From positions 124,001 through 188,000 of the forward strand of contig MU008184.1 in NCBI GenBank assembly GCA_010909165.1: DNA of 64,000 bases, in the 5' to 3' direction. The position numbers were made by a program, and so were the translations under genes. The notes under the pieces are model-generated. The model did no database searches and was not told the DNA's origin. It saw nothing but the letters and a program-made list of their open reading frames with translations. This DNA is from Anthoceros angustus (lineage: Eukaryota; Plantae; Anthocerotophyta). Below are positions 23,801-37,144 of the stretch, piece after piece. Every line of letters begins with the position of its first letter. The first letter of the stretch is position 1.

Positions 23801-25467
23801 TTCCCATGCCTAGCAAGACCCTCTGATGACATGAGGAAGAAAGGAAAGAATGCACGAGCATACTTGGGAAGTGTCGCAAGAGTTGCATGCAATATGACAC
23901 TAAGTAGGCCCAGTATGGTCTGAGTCTTGCCTGTACCAGGTGGTCCCTGAATTAAAAGACATAACACAATTGGACCATCCCCCATATCTAAGAATTCAGA
24001 AAAGAATTCAAGACAGGGCTCGGGCCATGTCACAAATCTCTGCTGGAGAAGAGATTCAAGATAAAAACAGTAAAGTAAAAGAACCTGTATTAGCACAAGC
24101 GGTGTTCGATTTAGGCCGGCCTGCATGTGACACACAAATCAGTAAGAAGCTGATAAGTCCTCCAAATAGTCAATGGAAAGTTCAGTGATCTTTGATCGGA
24201 GATGAGAAGGCAGTTTGAAAGACATGCCTGTATAGCCTGGAGCTGTGAGTCATTGTGATTTGCTTCCAGGTACTCTTTGAGCAGTTTAGGGATGTTCCAA
24301 GCACCAGGAACTGAGGATTGCGGGGGTGAATCCGCCCATGGGAGCTTCCCAGTGAGAATAACATCAAAAAAGGGCAATTTACTTACAGCTCTGAGTGCTG
24401 TGTACTCCCTCAGTATTGTAGAAAAGTTGGAGAGCTGGAAAATGCGTGACAATTAGTACTGCAACAGCTTGCTATCTGCGTCACATATATTAAAATATTC
24501 ACTACTTAGCCATGAGAAACATTGAAATACCTTGAGGATCCACCACCCTGTGTGAGGTTGCAAAGCAGCACGCAGACGCATTGCTGCCTCATTTTTGACG
24601 AATGCAACATCCTTAATGCCATGATCATCCAGAAACATCCGGACCTTCAATGCCCGAGGTTCGCGATTCTCCACAGTTGCAAAAGCATAAGTGGTCATCA
24701 TCGGCCCTCCTTCTATGGGCTGCACCAATTCTCACAAACAAAAAAATTTCACGAATTTGTCTAATGCAACACAAGGTGCAACATTTTGCTCTACTGGAGA
24801 CCCCTCCCTGGACAAGGTTGGCATAATTACTTCGTTACCAGGGTCTAGCCTGGATACCTTTTCCTTGGTAATAAGTAGAAGGTCGTTATCAGTAAACTCG
24901 TCAGTCACATCTACATGCATAGCAAAGCGAGCGAAGTAGAAGTCATTTGCCATCTCCGCACTGAGCAGGCCAGCCTGTCGGAACCTTGCTCTAGCTGTTC
25001 AATCCAACCAGGTTGCAAACCACCAGTTTAGCGTCTGCTGCAGAAATACCCTACATTCTTAACCTCACAACCTGAAAACAACTCACTATCGTCATCGTCG
25101 CCCCTTAAAATCTGAGCTCGACATTCCTCCAGCAGCAGAGGCTCAAACACACTGATATAATCCGAAGCGTCCTGGAACGAGTCAGGGACAGGTTTCAGAG
25201 CCAATTCCCCGTCGATCCCTGCACTCTCCCCAAATTTGCGCTTCTTCACCTTGACCTGCCAAATTCCAACCGTGAGTACTACCCCAGCGTGAACATGAAA
25301 TCCAGCTCGCCTCAAGCCATGGGATCCCCAACCTTTGACATCGCAAGCAGTCTTAAATAATCCCAGCTCAACACGATTTTCTGCATCCTCGTCTGATGCG
25401 AGGCAACTTGCGCAGCCATCTGCAGGCTTGCAGCGCCATCCTTCGCAGAATCCATAAGTGCAACCAT
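20856..25467 (-). CDS. MAA3: SEN1/Upf1-like SF1 helicase, MAGATAMA3-like, multi-exon
   Basis: [21 protein letters not shown], Walker [46 protein letters not shown] and VNTVDGFQ; acidic tail. Confidence 0.9.
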
Positions 25468-26328
25468 GACTGTAGACGGCTGGGACACGGAGTCTAATCA
25501 TAGGCGTCCCAGCATTCCCAAAGATCAGCCCCAATCTGGAGCGTTTCTAAAGATTGGGCCGGCCTATCCCTGATCGATTGTGTAAATCCCAGCACTTCGA
25601 CCTGAAGAAAACTCGATTTCCAGGTTCCAACCAACACCGGCAGCAACCCAAGTCGGACATTGCCATACCGGGCACCCAACTCCAGAACCCTAGAACCTTA
25701 CGGGAGCTGGCCGCCTCCGATTATATAAAGAAGTGAGGACGAACGATGCTGGGCGATTGGGAATAGCTTGATTTGGAGATGGCCAAAAAATATGGGTCTA
25801 GCATGGACATAATTCATGTCTGTTCCGCAATCGTTTGATGGCGGCCTTCGCTGCTTCACTCGCAGCTCCCAAGTGAACGATGACGCTGCTTCCAGTCCAG
25901 GCGAACCATGACGGGAACAAGCACAAGCCAAGTACATGTGTAGTGGGTAGCTGATTTCTGAACTATAAGTACGTAGGTGCTAACGAATAAGGTGGGAGGC
26001 ACAGCAAATTTGGAATCTTCCATTGAGAGGCGAAGGAGAGTGTGTCACGGGCGTCTCTCTTAGGGTGATGAATTGCTTTTCTCCGACAAGTGGCAGGGAA
26101 TCACGGGAACATGAGAGAAGCAGGAGCAGTCCTAGGCGCTTGAATCAGACCGGTCAGTGGTGACTGCTTATTTGAGCCCAGGAACAGGGATTCAGTGCAG
26201 ACAAAGCCTTTATTCTCGCAATCAGGGTTGCTTGCCTACGCCATGGATGCACACTCTCATTAGGCAGGCACGCAGGGTGGGATTGCAACGCAGAAGTAGC
26301 GAGAAGGGGGAGCACTCTGTAGGGCAGC

Positions 26329-27449
26329 ATGAAGCCTAGTCCCGTCCCCTTCAAGCTGGTTCTTCTTGGAGATGGTCAGTTTCGCTCCCTGCAGGCCACC
26401 ATGAACCCTAGGATTCCGCAGCTGGATCGGTTGCTGTGACATGGTGCTGTGTACGTTTCTTAAAGCTGGGTGTAAATTCCTGATCTCTGCAGGCCGGGTC
26501 GGGAAAACCTCCTTGGTATTGCGATATGTGAACAATGTCTTCTCCGACAAGCAAACTGCCACAATTCAGGCCTCTTACCTGACAAAGGATATCAGCATAG
26601 ATGGTCAGGCGGTGACACTAGCAATATGGGTAAGCTTGTCGGGAACAATTTTCGGCAGCTCCGTTTTTTGTCTCTGCCGTTGATGCTCATTGTGAACTGA
26701 ATTTGTGATTACAGGATACAGCAGGGCAGGAGCGATTCCATGCTCTCGGGCCTATTTATTACAGAGATGCTGACGGTGAGTGCCTATTTTGAGTCGACCT
26801 GTCACTCCTCCAACCTGATTTGCTCCAGCCAATTGACTGTCTGTACATTGTGGAATGAATTGCAGCGGCGTTGTTGGTCTATGACCTCATGGACAAGGAT
26901 AGTTTTGATAGAGTTAAGAGTTGGGTGAAAGAGTTACGGAAAATGGCTCCCAAAAACATCGTTATGACTATTGTTGCCAACAAGAGTGACATGGATAGGC
27001 AAAGAAAGGTGGATCTACGGGATTCTGAAAGGTTTGCTCGTTCTGCACTCTAGCGTTTCTCGGTTTGCCATGCATGTCATGTTTATGATGTCAGCTTGTT
27101 GACATCAACTTGTTGCTTGTTCTTTTTGTGCTTTTCAACAGCTACGCGAAGTCAATTGGAGCCACCCATTTTGTGACGTCTGCGAAGTTGAACACTGGAG
27201 TGAAAGAACCGTTTCATGACGTTGCACAACGTAATTCATGTTTGAACCGTTTTGATTATGTAGTGCCCGGTTAAGGTTATAGCAATCGCAATGGCTATGG
27301 TGATGACTGATTCGTCTCTATTTGCAGGTTTGTTGGAGAGTAGGAAAGACACAGTGGACAGGGCCAATTCTGTCAACCCACAAAGAAAAGGGATGGTGAT
27401 CATTGACGAGAAACCAACACCAACCCCTCAATCAAAATGCTGTTCATGA
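26329..27449 (+). CDS. RAB21: Rab21 small GTPase, 6 exons
   Basis: FKLVLLGDGRVGKTSLVLRY, ATIQASYLTK, WDTAGQERFHALGPIYYRD, WVKELRKM, NKSD and SAK; C-terminal CCS prenylation site. Confidence 0.9.
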
Positions 27450-28461
27450 TGCCAGTGGTGCATCTATGTATATTATAGATCAGGTGGACGACAGAAAATC
27501 AAGCTTGAGCCTCTCCTGGGGAGAGGTCCGAGACAATTCTTTTCATGTACCACGACTGCTGCAGTGCAGAGATGGACGCCGCCTCTGTACAGTTCTCAGC
27601 TTCTTTCCTGGTAGATTGGTGCCCTCATTTCGTCACAGCTATGCAATAAAACTGCGGTCACCCGGAAACCAGTGAGGTACATAACAACGCTCCAGGATAA
27701 CTTCCCGAGAGTCAGGTTGGCTGCACTTGATCAACGATGCAGCTCGCTAAAAAGTCGTGTATGATTGAGGCTCATGTCTACGAAATCCTTTCTAAAACAA
27801 TAGTCATTAACAGACATGAACGGACCGGTGCATAGTTCTCTGGCATGACCTTCAAACCTTTGTTCAGTTCGAAGTTTAACAGGGCACTAGGGGACTGAGA
27901 CCAATGGGCTTTGGACGCCGTAGATATGAGGAGCTATGGGCGATGGAGACGGTGGGCAAGGCCCTCGCGAAGGCTTTCCTGTAGCAAGACTCTTGTATGC
28001 TTCCAGTCGAGGCATTCCACGAACTGCAGATTGGACGGCGGAGTCCCAGCCAGCCTCCGGCAATGTATGCGTTCAACGAGTCGTGCACGTGCGGCAAGTC
28101 CATAATTCATCCTGCCCAGTCTCCCAGCGTCACCTTGAAGAACTCGGACACGCTGGGGCGGAGCGCTGATACATTTGGGTGTCTCCGGCAAAACTCGTCC
28201 GAGTGTGGTGCTTAGGATTCTGTGACATTACACAAATTCTGTGACATCGGTGAGTGCACAAGGAGTGTGCGTGTATGAATACCCCTGTACCCAGCGTTGC
28301 TGAAGGGGAAGCTGCTTCACCTGCTTGCAAACTGTGGCAGCTCCGATGGAGCTTAGGGGTCATTCGTTGACATGGGCAGAAAGATGTGGGAAGTGAGGTA
28401 AAAGCCTAACGCTCGCTTTCGATATTGCCAAATTCTATGTACATGGTTCTTGTCTGTTCCG

Positions 28462-30986
28462 TTATGATAAGGTTTTCTTCCTCTTGCCTCTGCCCTTTGC
28501 AGGACCCGCACTGCGGACCTGTTTAAGCTCTTCGACTACCTCAGACAGCGCCTTGATGTCGACATTCAATCGTTTGATCTCGACATTCAATCGTTTGATC
28601 TCGGCCCTTGCTGCTTCATTCACCCCTCCCAAGTGATGGATGACCTCAGCCAGACTGGCTTCCTTATTTGCAGTATAATTCCAAGGCACTGGCTTTGGGT
28701 ACCGGCCGCTCCCATTGTATTCGTCAATTTCCAACAAAGCAGTCACGACCCCATTGTACGCCTTGTCACCAAATCTGGTCCTCAGCTTTTTCAAATCCGG
28801 ATCTTCTGGGTCTACTTTCCAATAAAACTGCACGATGCAACATCTTGGGGTCAGATTCAGCTTGCTACAAATGATTTTCCGTTGTTCTGGAAGGCAAAAC
28901 AACAAGTAATATCTCACATCTGATTTGTCCTCCTTGGTGTATACTTTTTTGAACGGGTACCAATCGTGGCTCTTAATCTTGTCATCCCATGCAGACATAG
29001 TTTGTGCCAGGCGAGCTTGCCAATCAGACGTTTTGAAATGACCCTCACCCACATCATCCCAGCACCTTGAATCAATCTCACCCATCCTCCTCACCGCAAT
29101 ACCCGTCTCACCAAGTTTCAACACCTGAAGGAGACATCCCAAAATGCTTTAAACTACAGAACGATAACAGTTGCCAGACTTTACTCAGCCGGAGACATCC
29201 AAAACATACCTTCACTGCAGCTTCCTGAGCTAGAACGACTTTCTCTTGTTCCTGTCGATGGACAACGGTCAAACAGTTATTCTGACGATCCGCCTCGGCT
29301 TTGTCTTCTTCAAGATCCTTCAGTTCCTCCTCCAACTTTTTGATTGTTTCACCTGACTTATCTGCAACGGCAGCCTTCAGTCTCTCGGTCTCTATCTTCT
29401 CCTGTAACTGTTGCACTTCGATCTCAAGCTTTTGGACCTTAGCAAGATTAAGTTTTCGTTCTTGGACGTTGTTCTCCAGGTCCTTATGCTCATTCTGAAG
29501 TGATATCAAGACAAGAATTACAACTTCATGTACACCACAATTAGCTCAGAAGCCAGAGAAAAGGAGCACCTCTTACAGAAGTACGCATCATACCTCGTGC
29601 TTCTCAATGAGCAAGCGCTGTTGGTTCTGGAACCTATTCCTAACCTCCACCTCTCTGCCCACATCTTCCATCTGCCTTTGATTCTGTCCCAAACCAAGCA
29701 CGACCCGGTCAGAACTGGCTCCACCAGCTCTTGTGGACTAGACGAAAGAAAGACTTCACTTCACCTTCTCCCTTTCAAGTTCAAGCCTCTTCCCTTCAGC
29801 ATCATTCTGGCTCTCCTTAATACTGAGCTCCTCAGTTCGCTTGTTCAAAGACTCCATCTGAGAGTCCAGTTCCGCAGCTCGCCGCATCACCTGCTGACGG
29901 TGCACCTCTTGCACCCTTTCAGATTCAGCTCTCAAGGCTTCCCGCTCTGCCACCAGAAAAACAAGAGCAAAAAAAAGGCCATAACGTCACTCCCCACCCC
30001 TAGCAACAAGTGGCACGAAAAGTCACAAACATGTTTAACCCAAACCCACCTTCCCGATGCTTCTCCTCCAGCAACCGCATCTCCAACTCAGCCTTCACCT
30101 TAGCCTGCTCCGCAACCTCCACGCTATTACTAAGCCTAAATTTCTCGGTGTCCGCCCTGGACAGCATCTCCTGCTGCTTGTCCACCACCCCCTGCAGCAG
30201 CTTCTGCAGCTGCTGGCTGTTCTTCATCTTCTCCTCCACCAGCTCATCCATAGTCTTGAGATTATGCTTCTTCCGCAGAAACTGCCCCGCCTTCCCCGCA
30301 TCATGATAGTCCTCTTCCACCGCCATCCAGCCGTAGAGCTCCGTCCCACCCTCGCCGAGCCCCCCACCCCGCTCCCAGTCACCCCGCCCTCGCTGCACGG
30401 CCTGGAAGCTCTCCTCAAACGACCTGCAATTCGCATACGCCTTCATGTCACGCCCGAAGACGAGCGCGGCCACCCCGTGCGGCCCGTCGTGCCCCCAGAA
30501 CGTCTCCACCTGCACCGGGTTGAAATGCGAGAACTGCTGCCTGAGCTCCCCGGTGCCGGGGCACTCTCTCCGCCCATGGGGCCCTACGGCGTTGAGATTG
30601 TAAATCAGCCCCACCCATGGATGCACCACCCGGTTGTCGGCCCGCACCCGCTTGGGCGCGGCCTGCAGGAGCTTCACCACCCGCGGGGCTATGGGCGCCG
30701 CGTGCTGCTGGAGGTCCACCCGCAGGAAGTTGAAGAGCGCGCGGTGCTGGCCTCCCGTCTCGCTGCCCCTGGTGCCCACCCCGACCCCCCTGGCGTGGTC
30801 GTGGAGCTCCTTCCACTTGAAGGCCTGCTTTTTCTTGCTGGGACAGAACGGGCAGCGGTACGTGCCGTCGCCATTGGGCACCACGAGCTTCCCGGACTTG
30901 AGGCCCGAGGTGGCTGCAGCTTCGAATTCCCTCATCTCCTCCTCATACTCATCGCTGCTTGAGGCGTCCATGAACACATCGTCCAT
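28462..30986 (-). CDS. IDN2/FDM-like zf-XS-XS-coiled coil-XH protein (copy 1, apparently intact)
   Basis: zf-XS YRCPFC..HARGVG; XS VHPWVGLIYN..LYGWMA.EEDY; coiled coil; XH RRMGEID..WYPFKKV..EYNGSGRYP..WNY; basic C-terminal tail. Confidence 0.9.
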
Positions 30987-31083
30987 CGCTCCTGCTGCTG
31001 CTAGCAGGCTCAGGCGCAGGCGCAGGCGCAGGCGCAGGCTCAGGCTCAGGCTCAGGCTCCGGCCAAGGGCCCAGCACAAGTCC

Positions 31084-31149
31084 GGGTTACCAGTCCTGGA
31101 TGTTGGCAATGCAAGGTCTTGCATTGCCAACATCCAGGACGAGTAACCC
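31084..31149. repeat. Palindrome with 23-bp perfect arms (31093-31115 / 31118-31140), extended imperfectly to 66 bp
   Basis: gtcctggatgttggcaatgcaag-gt-cttgcattgccaacatccaggac, flanked by gggttac / gtaaccc. Confidence 0.95.
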
Positions 31150-31499
31150 AACTGAATGTGGAGTTCAACAAGCAGTGGCGGTACTGATCTGTGCAGTTCC
31201 GGGTCACGAATAACGTTTGTATCCTTGGAGCACCTCAACGTGGATGTTCCACACTGCCTGACCCCATCAATCAATCCTGTACTTTGTAGATACCTATGTA
31301 TCCCTCGAGGGCCACGTCAGCGATGAACGAACCAACTGATGTTAGCTCAGGGTCATGTTTGTGGTCCAAATCATGTTCAATCATCTGCCTGAAGAAGAGA
31401 GGGTGTTTGGTGTAGTTGGTGAGGAATTTCCGGAGGAAGGCGCTCCAAGAAATCTCTAAGAAGAAGAGCCTGGATCCGATGGAAGCGACGGTCGACACC

Positions 31500-33060
31500 C
31501 CGGATGCAGGCACTTCAGCAGTTTCTGAACGAGAAACAACTCCAAGACCTGCTACATCAGCCTCTGCCAGCCAGAACGAGACTGGTGGTTTGAGGCGCAG
31601 CTCAAAGGCAACGCGCTCCAAAGCAGTTCTTTGGCAGCTTTGCCAGAACGAGACTGGTGGTTTGAGGCGCAGCTCAAGGCAACGCGCTCCAAAGCAGTTC
31701 TTTGGCAGCTTTGCCAGCAGTACAGAGGTGGAGCATGCTTTTGTGTGAGGTGTTGAAGAATGTATGAGAAGCTTGGCGGAAGTAAGGAAGGATGCTTATG
31801 CAAAAGAGTGAGAGACTGCAGTGCAGTGCAGGATGAGTACAATTCTCTTTGAGGCTAGCAACACTTGGGAGCTTACACCTTTACCTCGTGGCAGGAAGGC
31901 AATTGGGTATAAGTGAGTGTTCAAAATCAAGAGGCAAGCTGCTGGAGAAATCCAAAGGTTCAAGGCAAGATTGGTGACCAAGGGCTATGCCTAGACAAAG
32001 GGACTGGATTTCTTATAGGCTTTGGCTAAGTTTGTGTCAATTAAGGTATTGGTTGCTCTTGGAGTAGTCCATGACTTTGAAATTCAGCATCTTGACGTGA
32101 TGGACTTTGAAATTCAGCATCTTGACGTGAAGACTGCGTTCACCAACGGTGAACTTACTGAAGACATCTACATGGAAATATGTTTTTAAGGTAAGCTTAT
32201 CCAAGGTAAGGAGAATCTTTTTTGCAAGCTAAAAGATCAATTTAGGGCTTGAAGCAATCATTTTGTTTATGATATGAATGTAAATAAATAACTAGTGAAC
32301 AGAAAATGAAGAAGATCAATTGCAAACCACAAAGATGATGAAGATTCCGTATTGTCAAGCAGTTGGTAAGGTCATGTACACCATGGTCGGCCCTTGGCCA
32401 GATCTTGTAATTTTAGTGAGAACTCTCAATAATAAGTTCTTGCATAACTACTCTCAATAAGTTCTTGCATAACTCTGGTATGGTTCATTGGAAAGGAGTG
32501 AAGAGGATCTTGACCTATCTTCAAAGGACAAGTGATTTTGCTTGGAATACAAGGGTGCTAGTGGAGACGAGTTGTTAGGATTTTTAGACTCAGACAGGGG
32601 ATTTGATTCGAATACAAGGAAATCAACTTTAGTTACATGTTCTCGATTGGTGGTGGACCAATTAGCTGGTATAGCAAGTAGCAGGTGGACCAATTAGCCG
32701 GTATAGCAAGCAGGAGAGTACTTTTGATCTGTCTACTGCAGAGGCTGTCTACTACTACGGAGACCGGAAAACATTTCATCAGTTCAAGCTTTCGCGGACT
32801 TTTGAAGGACTTGAGTTTCCTCAAGAAGGGCCAACAAGAATGTTTAAAAATAGTCAAGGGAGATAAGAATATGATCTACCACCCAAGGACTAAACATATT
32901 GATATTCAATATTATTTTGTGAACGAACAAGTTGAAGGTAGAGTGGTACTTAGAAGTGATCACCTTGTTGCTGATATATACTGGTGGTACTTAGAAGTGA
33001 TCACCTTGTTGCTGATATATTGACCAAGGCAATCGTGCGTGACAGACACAAAGTGAGTGA
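31500..33060 (+). mobile_element. Ty1/copia retrotransposon remnant (RT and RNase H, degenerate)
   Basis: NTWELTPLPRGRKAIG, RFKARLVTKGY, QHLDVKTAF.NGELTEDIYM, GGGPISW and HPRTKHIDIQYYFV, with stops and frameshifts. No LTR seen. Confidence 0.92.
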
Positions 33061-33906
33061 GAGTGTTAGCATGATATATTTGTTGGTGTTGCTCATTACA
33101 GCAATTATACTTAGCAAATTGTAGTCTATCATAACAAGGTAAGTAAGGGACTAAACTCAAACATGTACTGCGTACAAAGTGTAATGATACTGGGTGTCAT
33201 GAGTGTGGCTGGTGGCCACTATGCAAGGTGCTGGTTCTCGTTGTAATTTTAAGCCTACCTTTGGGCATGTTGCAAAAGTCTTGAATTCCTGTATGGTGTG
33301 CATTGCTTCATCTCCATTGCCATAGCCATGGTCGCTGCACAACAATAGCAATCCAGCAACAGCTCTGCTATTAGACTCCGAGATGCTCCTGTTAGCCAGT
33401 TTTTCTTCCATCGGACTGTTCCGAGTGCAGCAGCAAGCAGGGTTCAACTCCTGGAATCCGACCTCTCAGGGTCTCAGTCACCACGGCAACCGGAACCTGG
33501 ATGGAGGGCCAGCAGTTGCAGCTGCAGGACTTGTTTGCAGGACAGCCCTAGCCCATAAATAGTCACTTAGCGCGTTTTCAGCCTTGCTTGCAACACGAGT
33601 CGGAAACTAGAAGCTGCCATCCAGCAGGAGACACATTTCTCGAAGACCTATCCTTCCAGAATGCTCAGAAAACCTGTGAGTAAGGTGATGAATGACACGC
33701 GCTTTCGACAAGCCGACATCTTTGCAAGATTGGAGATGGCTGGACAGTTTCAACCTCCAAGTCCCAGGGTTCCAAGTAATCTGCTTCGAGGAAATTCTGC
33801 CGTGAGCATAAGGAAACTCGAAGGTTTTTTTTCACAGATTCTGGAAGAGGTTCTTTTTCACCGCGTCCGGAATCAATAAGCTTCCTATGGTCACCCAACA
33901 TGAGAT

Positions 33907-34035
33907 GGAACTTCACCAACAAAAATCTCTGCACCGAGGATAGCTGAAGGGGACTTCACCAACACAAATCTCTGCACCGAGGATAGCTGAATGGGACTTC
34001 ACCGACGCAGTCTCTGAACCGACGGCAGCTATGAG
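33907..34035. repeat. 43-bp tandem repeat, three copies (third degenerate)
   Basis: ggacttcaccaaca.aaatctctgcaccgaggatagctgaa units, head to tail. Confidence 0.85.
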
Positions 34036-34621
34036 ACGACATGTCAGGGTACTAGGGATTTTCACCAGGGCACGAGGCTGCAATGGGCTGCAATCGTGGA
34101 CCGTGGCTACACGTTTGCTGCTGGAGAAGCAAATCGGATGGAGCCTTAGCCTATAGCCTTAGCCATGTGTGGTCCCTGCTGAGGTTTTTCCTCAGAAATC
34201 CCGGCGAAGTTCAAAAGCAGATAATGGATTAATTACGGCCAGAATCCTTGCGCCTGGGCCCGGCTTCAGGTGGAACCCCCATCGCCCGTGGACCCGCCAA
34301 CCCCCACATGACATAGTAGCCCAAGCCCCTTGCGGAACATCACGCGGCAGGGAAAGAAGAGCTCACTGCTCTGTACATATATGTTTGGTTTTTGTACCCC
34401 AGAGAAATGTTCCTGTTCAAAAAGCTTCTCCAGCGAATGCTATCATGCCAGAAGCCGTGCTGATGACAGATTTGATTTCGGGCCAGGAAAATGGTGACTC
34501 TTCCTGCTATCTCTCTGCTATGCTGCAAAATCGGCAGACCTGCAGGCCTGCTCCAGAAGAAAGGAGCACCTGCGTGCAATCTTTCTGCCAGGGTGGCAAG
34601 ATTCGTAGACCTGCCTACCGT

Positions 34622-36295
34622 CTAGGATGGAGCACTAGTCTTCGTCCTCTTCCCGGCGCCCTCAAGCTTTGTGACTTTGGTCTGCAACTTCGTGTTCGCG
34701 TCCTTCGTTGTCTTGATCACATGTCCTAAGTGGTCGGCGACCTCGTCTAGAGTTGCTGGCCGGCCTCTTTCTGCCCCTGTAGCGCTACTAGGCCGATTGT
34801 GCTCCTGGATTTCCTTCACTGCAGCAGTGGCAACGTTAACCCCATTGTCCTGCTTGACACCGAAACAATACCTCAGCTCCTTCAACAGCGGATTGTCCGA
34901 GTCAGCTATTCCCTCTGTCCGTTGCGCAATGCACCAGAGTCACAGCAGTGTTCTCGTCATGGAAAGCAACATTAAAACAATGAGATCCTCTGGTACCTCC
35001 GGTCGATCCTGGTTGAGGAAGCTTACGACCAGACTTTTCTCTAAAAGCGAAAAGCCAGGATGGTCGATAAGGGGCCCGGGATGACGTACATCTTCCTTGA
35101 CGCTGTCGTCCATCTCACCCGTCGTCTTGCGCCCAATACCGGTACCCGCCTTGCTGTTCTTGCTGATAGCTTGAAGCACCTACACAACAAAGTCGGAAGT
35201 CGGTCACCCCACAGTGACCCATGCAAAAGGAGAACGCCAGCCTCTAAACCTGGAAGAGTTAGGCATGAAAGGTATCACCTTCACCGCTGCCTTGGTGGCA
35301 TCACACAGTTCGTCTACTGTCTGACGCTGCATCAGAGCCAAGTCGTCAGCCATTCCCAATGCGCCGTCCTTCTCTCCTTCAAGAACCTTCAGTTCCTCCT
35401 CCAACTCTGCGATTTTTCCAGCTGACTGTTGGGTCGGACCAGCAACTTTCAATTTTTCTGCCGCCATCGTCTCCCACAGCTGCTGTCGTTCGACCTCCAT
35501 CTTGTGGGCCACCACTCCCTCCACCTCCAGGGCCACCAGCTCATGCATAGTCTGGAGATGATGCCTCTCCCGCAGAAACCGGCCCGCCTCCCCGGCGCCG
35601 TAATAGTCGTCTTCCACAGCCATCCAGCCATACAGCTCCCCCCCATCCTCCCCGGCGGACTTACACGCCTCCCAGTCACCCCGCGCCCGCTGCACGGCCT
35701 GGAAGCTCTCCTCGAACGACCTGCAATTCGCATACGCCGTCATGCTCCGCCCGAAGAGGAGGAGGGCCATCCCCTGCTGCCCGTTGTACTCCCAGAACGT
35801 CTCCACCTGCTCGGGTTGGAAATGGGAAAAATTCCGCCATAGCTCTTCGGTGTCGGGGAGCACCCGCCGCCCATCGGGCTCCAGGGTGTTGAGATTGTAA
35901 ATGAGCCCCACCCAGGGGTGCACCACCCGGTTATCCGGCCGCACCCGCTTGGGCGCGGCCTGCAGGAGTCTCGCTGCCGGGGGAGAAGTGGGCGCCGCGG
36001 AATTCTTCAGGTCCTCCTGAAGGAACCTCAAGAGCGCGCGATGCTCTGGGCTCCTCGTCTCGCGGGCCCCCGTGCCTACCGCGCAGGCCTTGGCGTGGGC
36101 GTACACGTCCTTGTATTCGGCGTGCTGCTTTTTCTTGGGACAGAAGGGGCAGCGAAACGTGCCGTCGCCATTGGAGACCACCAGCTCCCCGGACTTGAGG
36201 GCCTCCATGGTTGCAGCACTCCTGTTCCTGAAGGATTCCCTCCACTTCTCCTCCTCCTCGTGGCTGCTTGAGGGGTCCATGACCGCGGCGTCCAT
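34622..36295 (-). CDS. IDN2/FDM-like copy 2: zf-XS and XS retained, coiled coil shortened, XH degenerate
   Basis: FRCPFC..HAKA, VHPWVGLIYN and LYGWMAVEDDY. Spliced tail (TGEMD, LKELRYCFG, EHNRPS, ATLDEVADHL) appears to stay in frame. Confidence 0.8.
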
Positions 36296-37144
36296 CGCTG
36301 TTGCTGCAGGCGCACGCACAGCTCACAGCACACGCTTCACTCCGGTGCCCATCAGCAGCCACACAGCACACAGCACACGGCACAACGTCTCTGGAAATTC
36401 TGATGACGTCGTTGCCCAGGCTCACCAGCCCAAGGCCCAAGCTCCAAGCTCAAAGGCACAAAGCATTGCCCGGCGTATATCCAGAATCGGTAACCCATTT
36501 CAACCTGGAGGCAGCCGTGCTTCGAACATGTAGTGGCAGATTTGTGCACTTCCCAAAGTATTTATGTATCGCTTTAAGACATGTTAAAATGGTTGAAAAA
36601 AAAAGTGGTGGAAAACGAGCCAGCTGAAAAAGGGAGAGTATTGCTTGAGCATCAAGACACGCCAAAATGGTCGGTGAAAAATGTTAAAATGGCGAAGTAG
36701 CTAAAACGAGATGATAAACATTGTAAGTATGTAGCTAGACCGGACTGGGATAGCCAAATACCTCAGGGGATTCCAATCTTGAACATAACAGAATTATTTT
36801 TATTAAGTATCTAAATTTGAATAATAATAATATTTTTGTTTTAAAAAATTACTAATATTTCTGTTTTCAAATTTTGCTTATTGCCAATGTGGGTAGGGAG
36901 GTTGGTGCAAGCACAGATCTTGGTTCCACATACGTTGGCTTATTGCCAATGAAGCTAGGGAGGTTGGTGTAAGCAGAGGTCTTGGCTGCAGATAAGCTAC
37001 CTAATCCTCCCAGAAATCCTTCAGGATGCAGAGACCTAGCTCGAGAGGAGTCCCCCAAGCCCTACAGAAAACGACCTTTGGCAATAAAAAATAAAAAATA
37101 AAAAATAAAAAATAAAAAAATGGTGCCCTCGTACTGTTTAAAGG

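Noticed and set aside
27876-28210. Protein-like minus-strand fragment (FFKVTLGDWAG*IMDLPHVHDSL)
   Set aside because: In-frame stop and no family I can recognise.
30057-30962. Long plus-strand ORFs antisense to XS/XH, RbcS and MRL1 exons (also 37178-37807 and 62920-63801)
   Set aside because: Shadow ORFs expected from GC3-rich coding sequence on the opposite strand.
33907-34035. CRISPR-like repeat array
   Set aside because: The units are contiguous with no unique spacers, there are no cas genes, and the context is eukaryotic.
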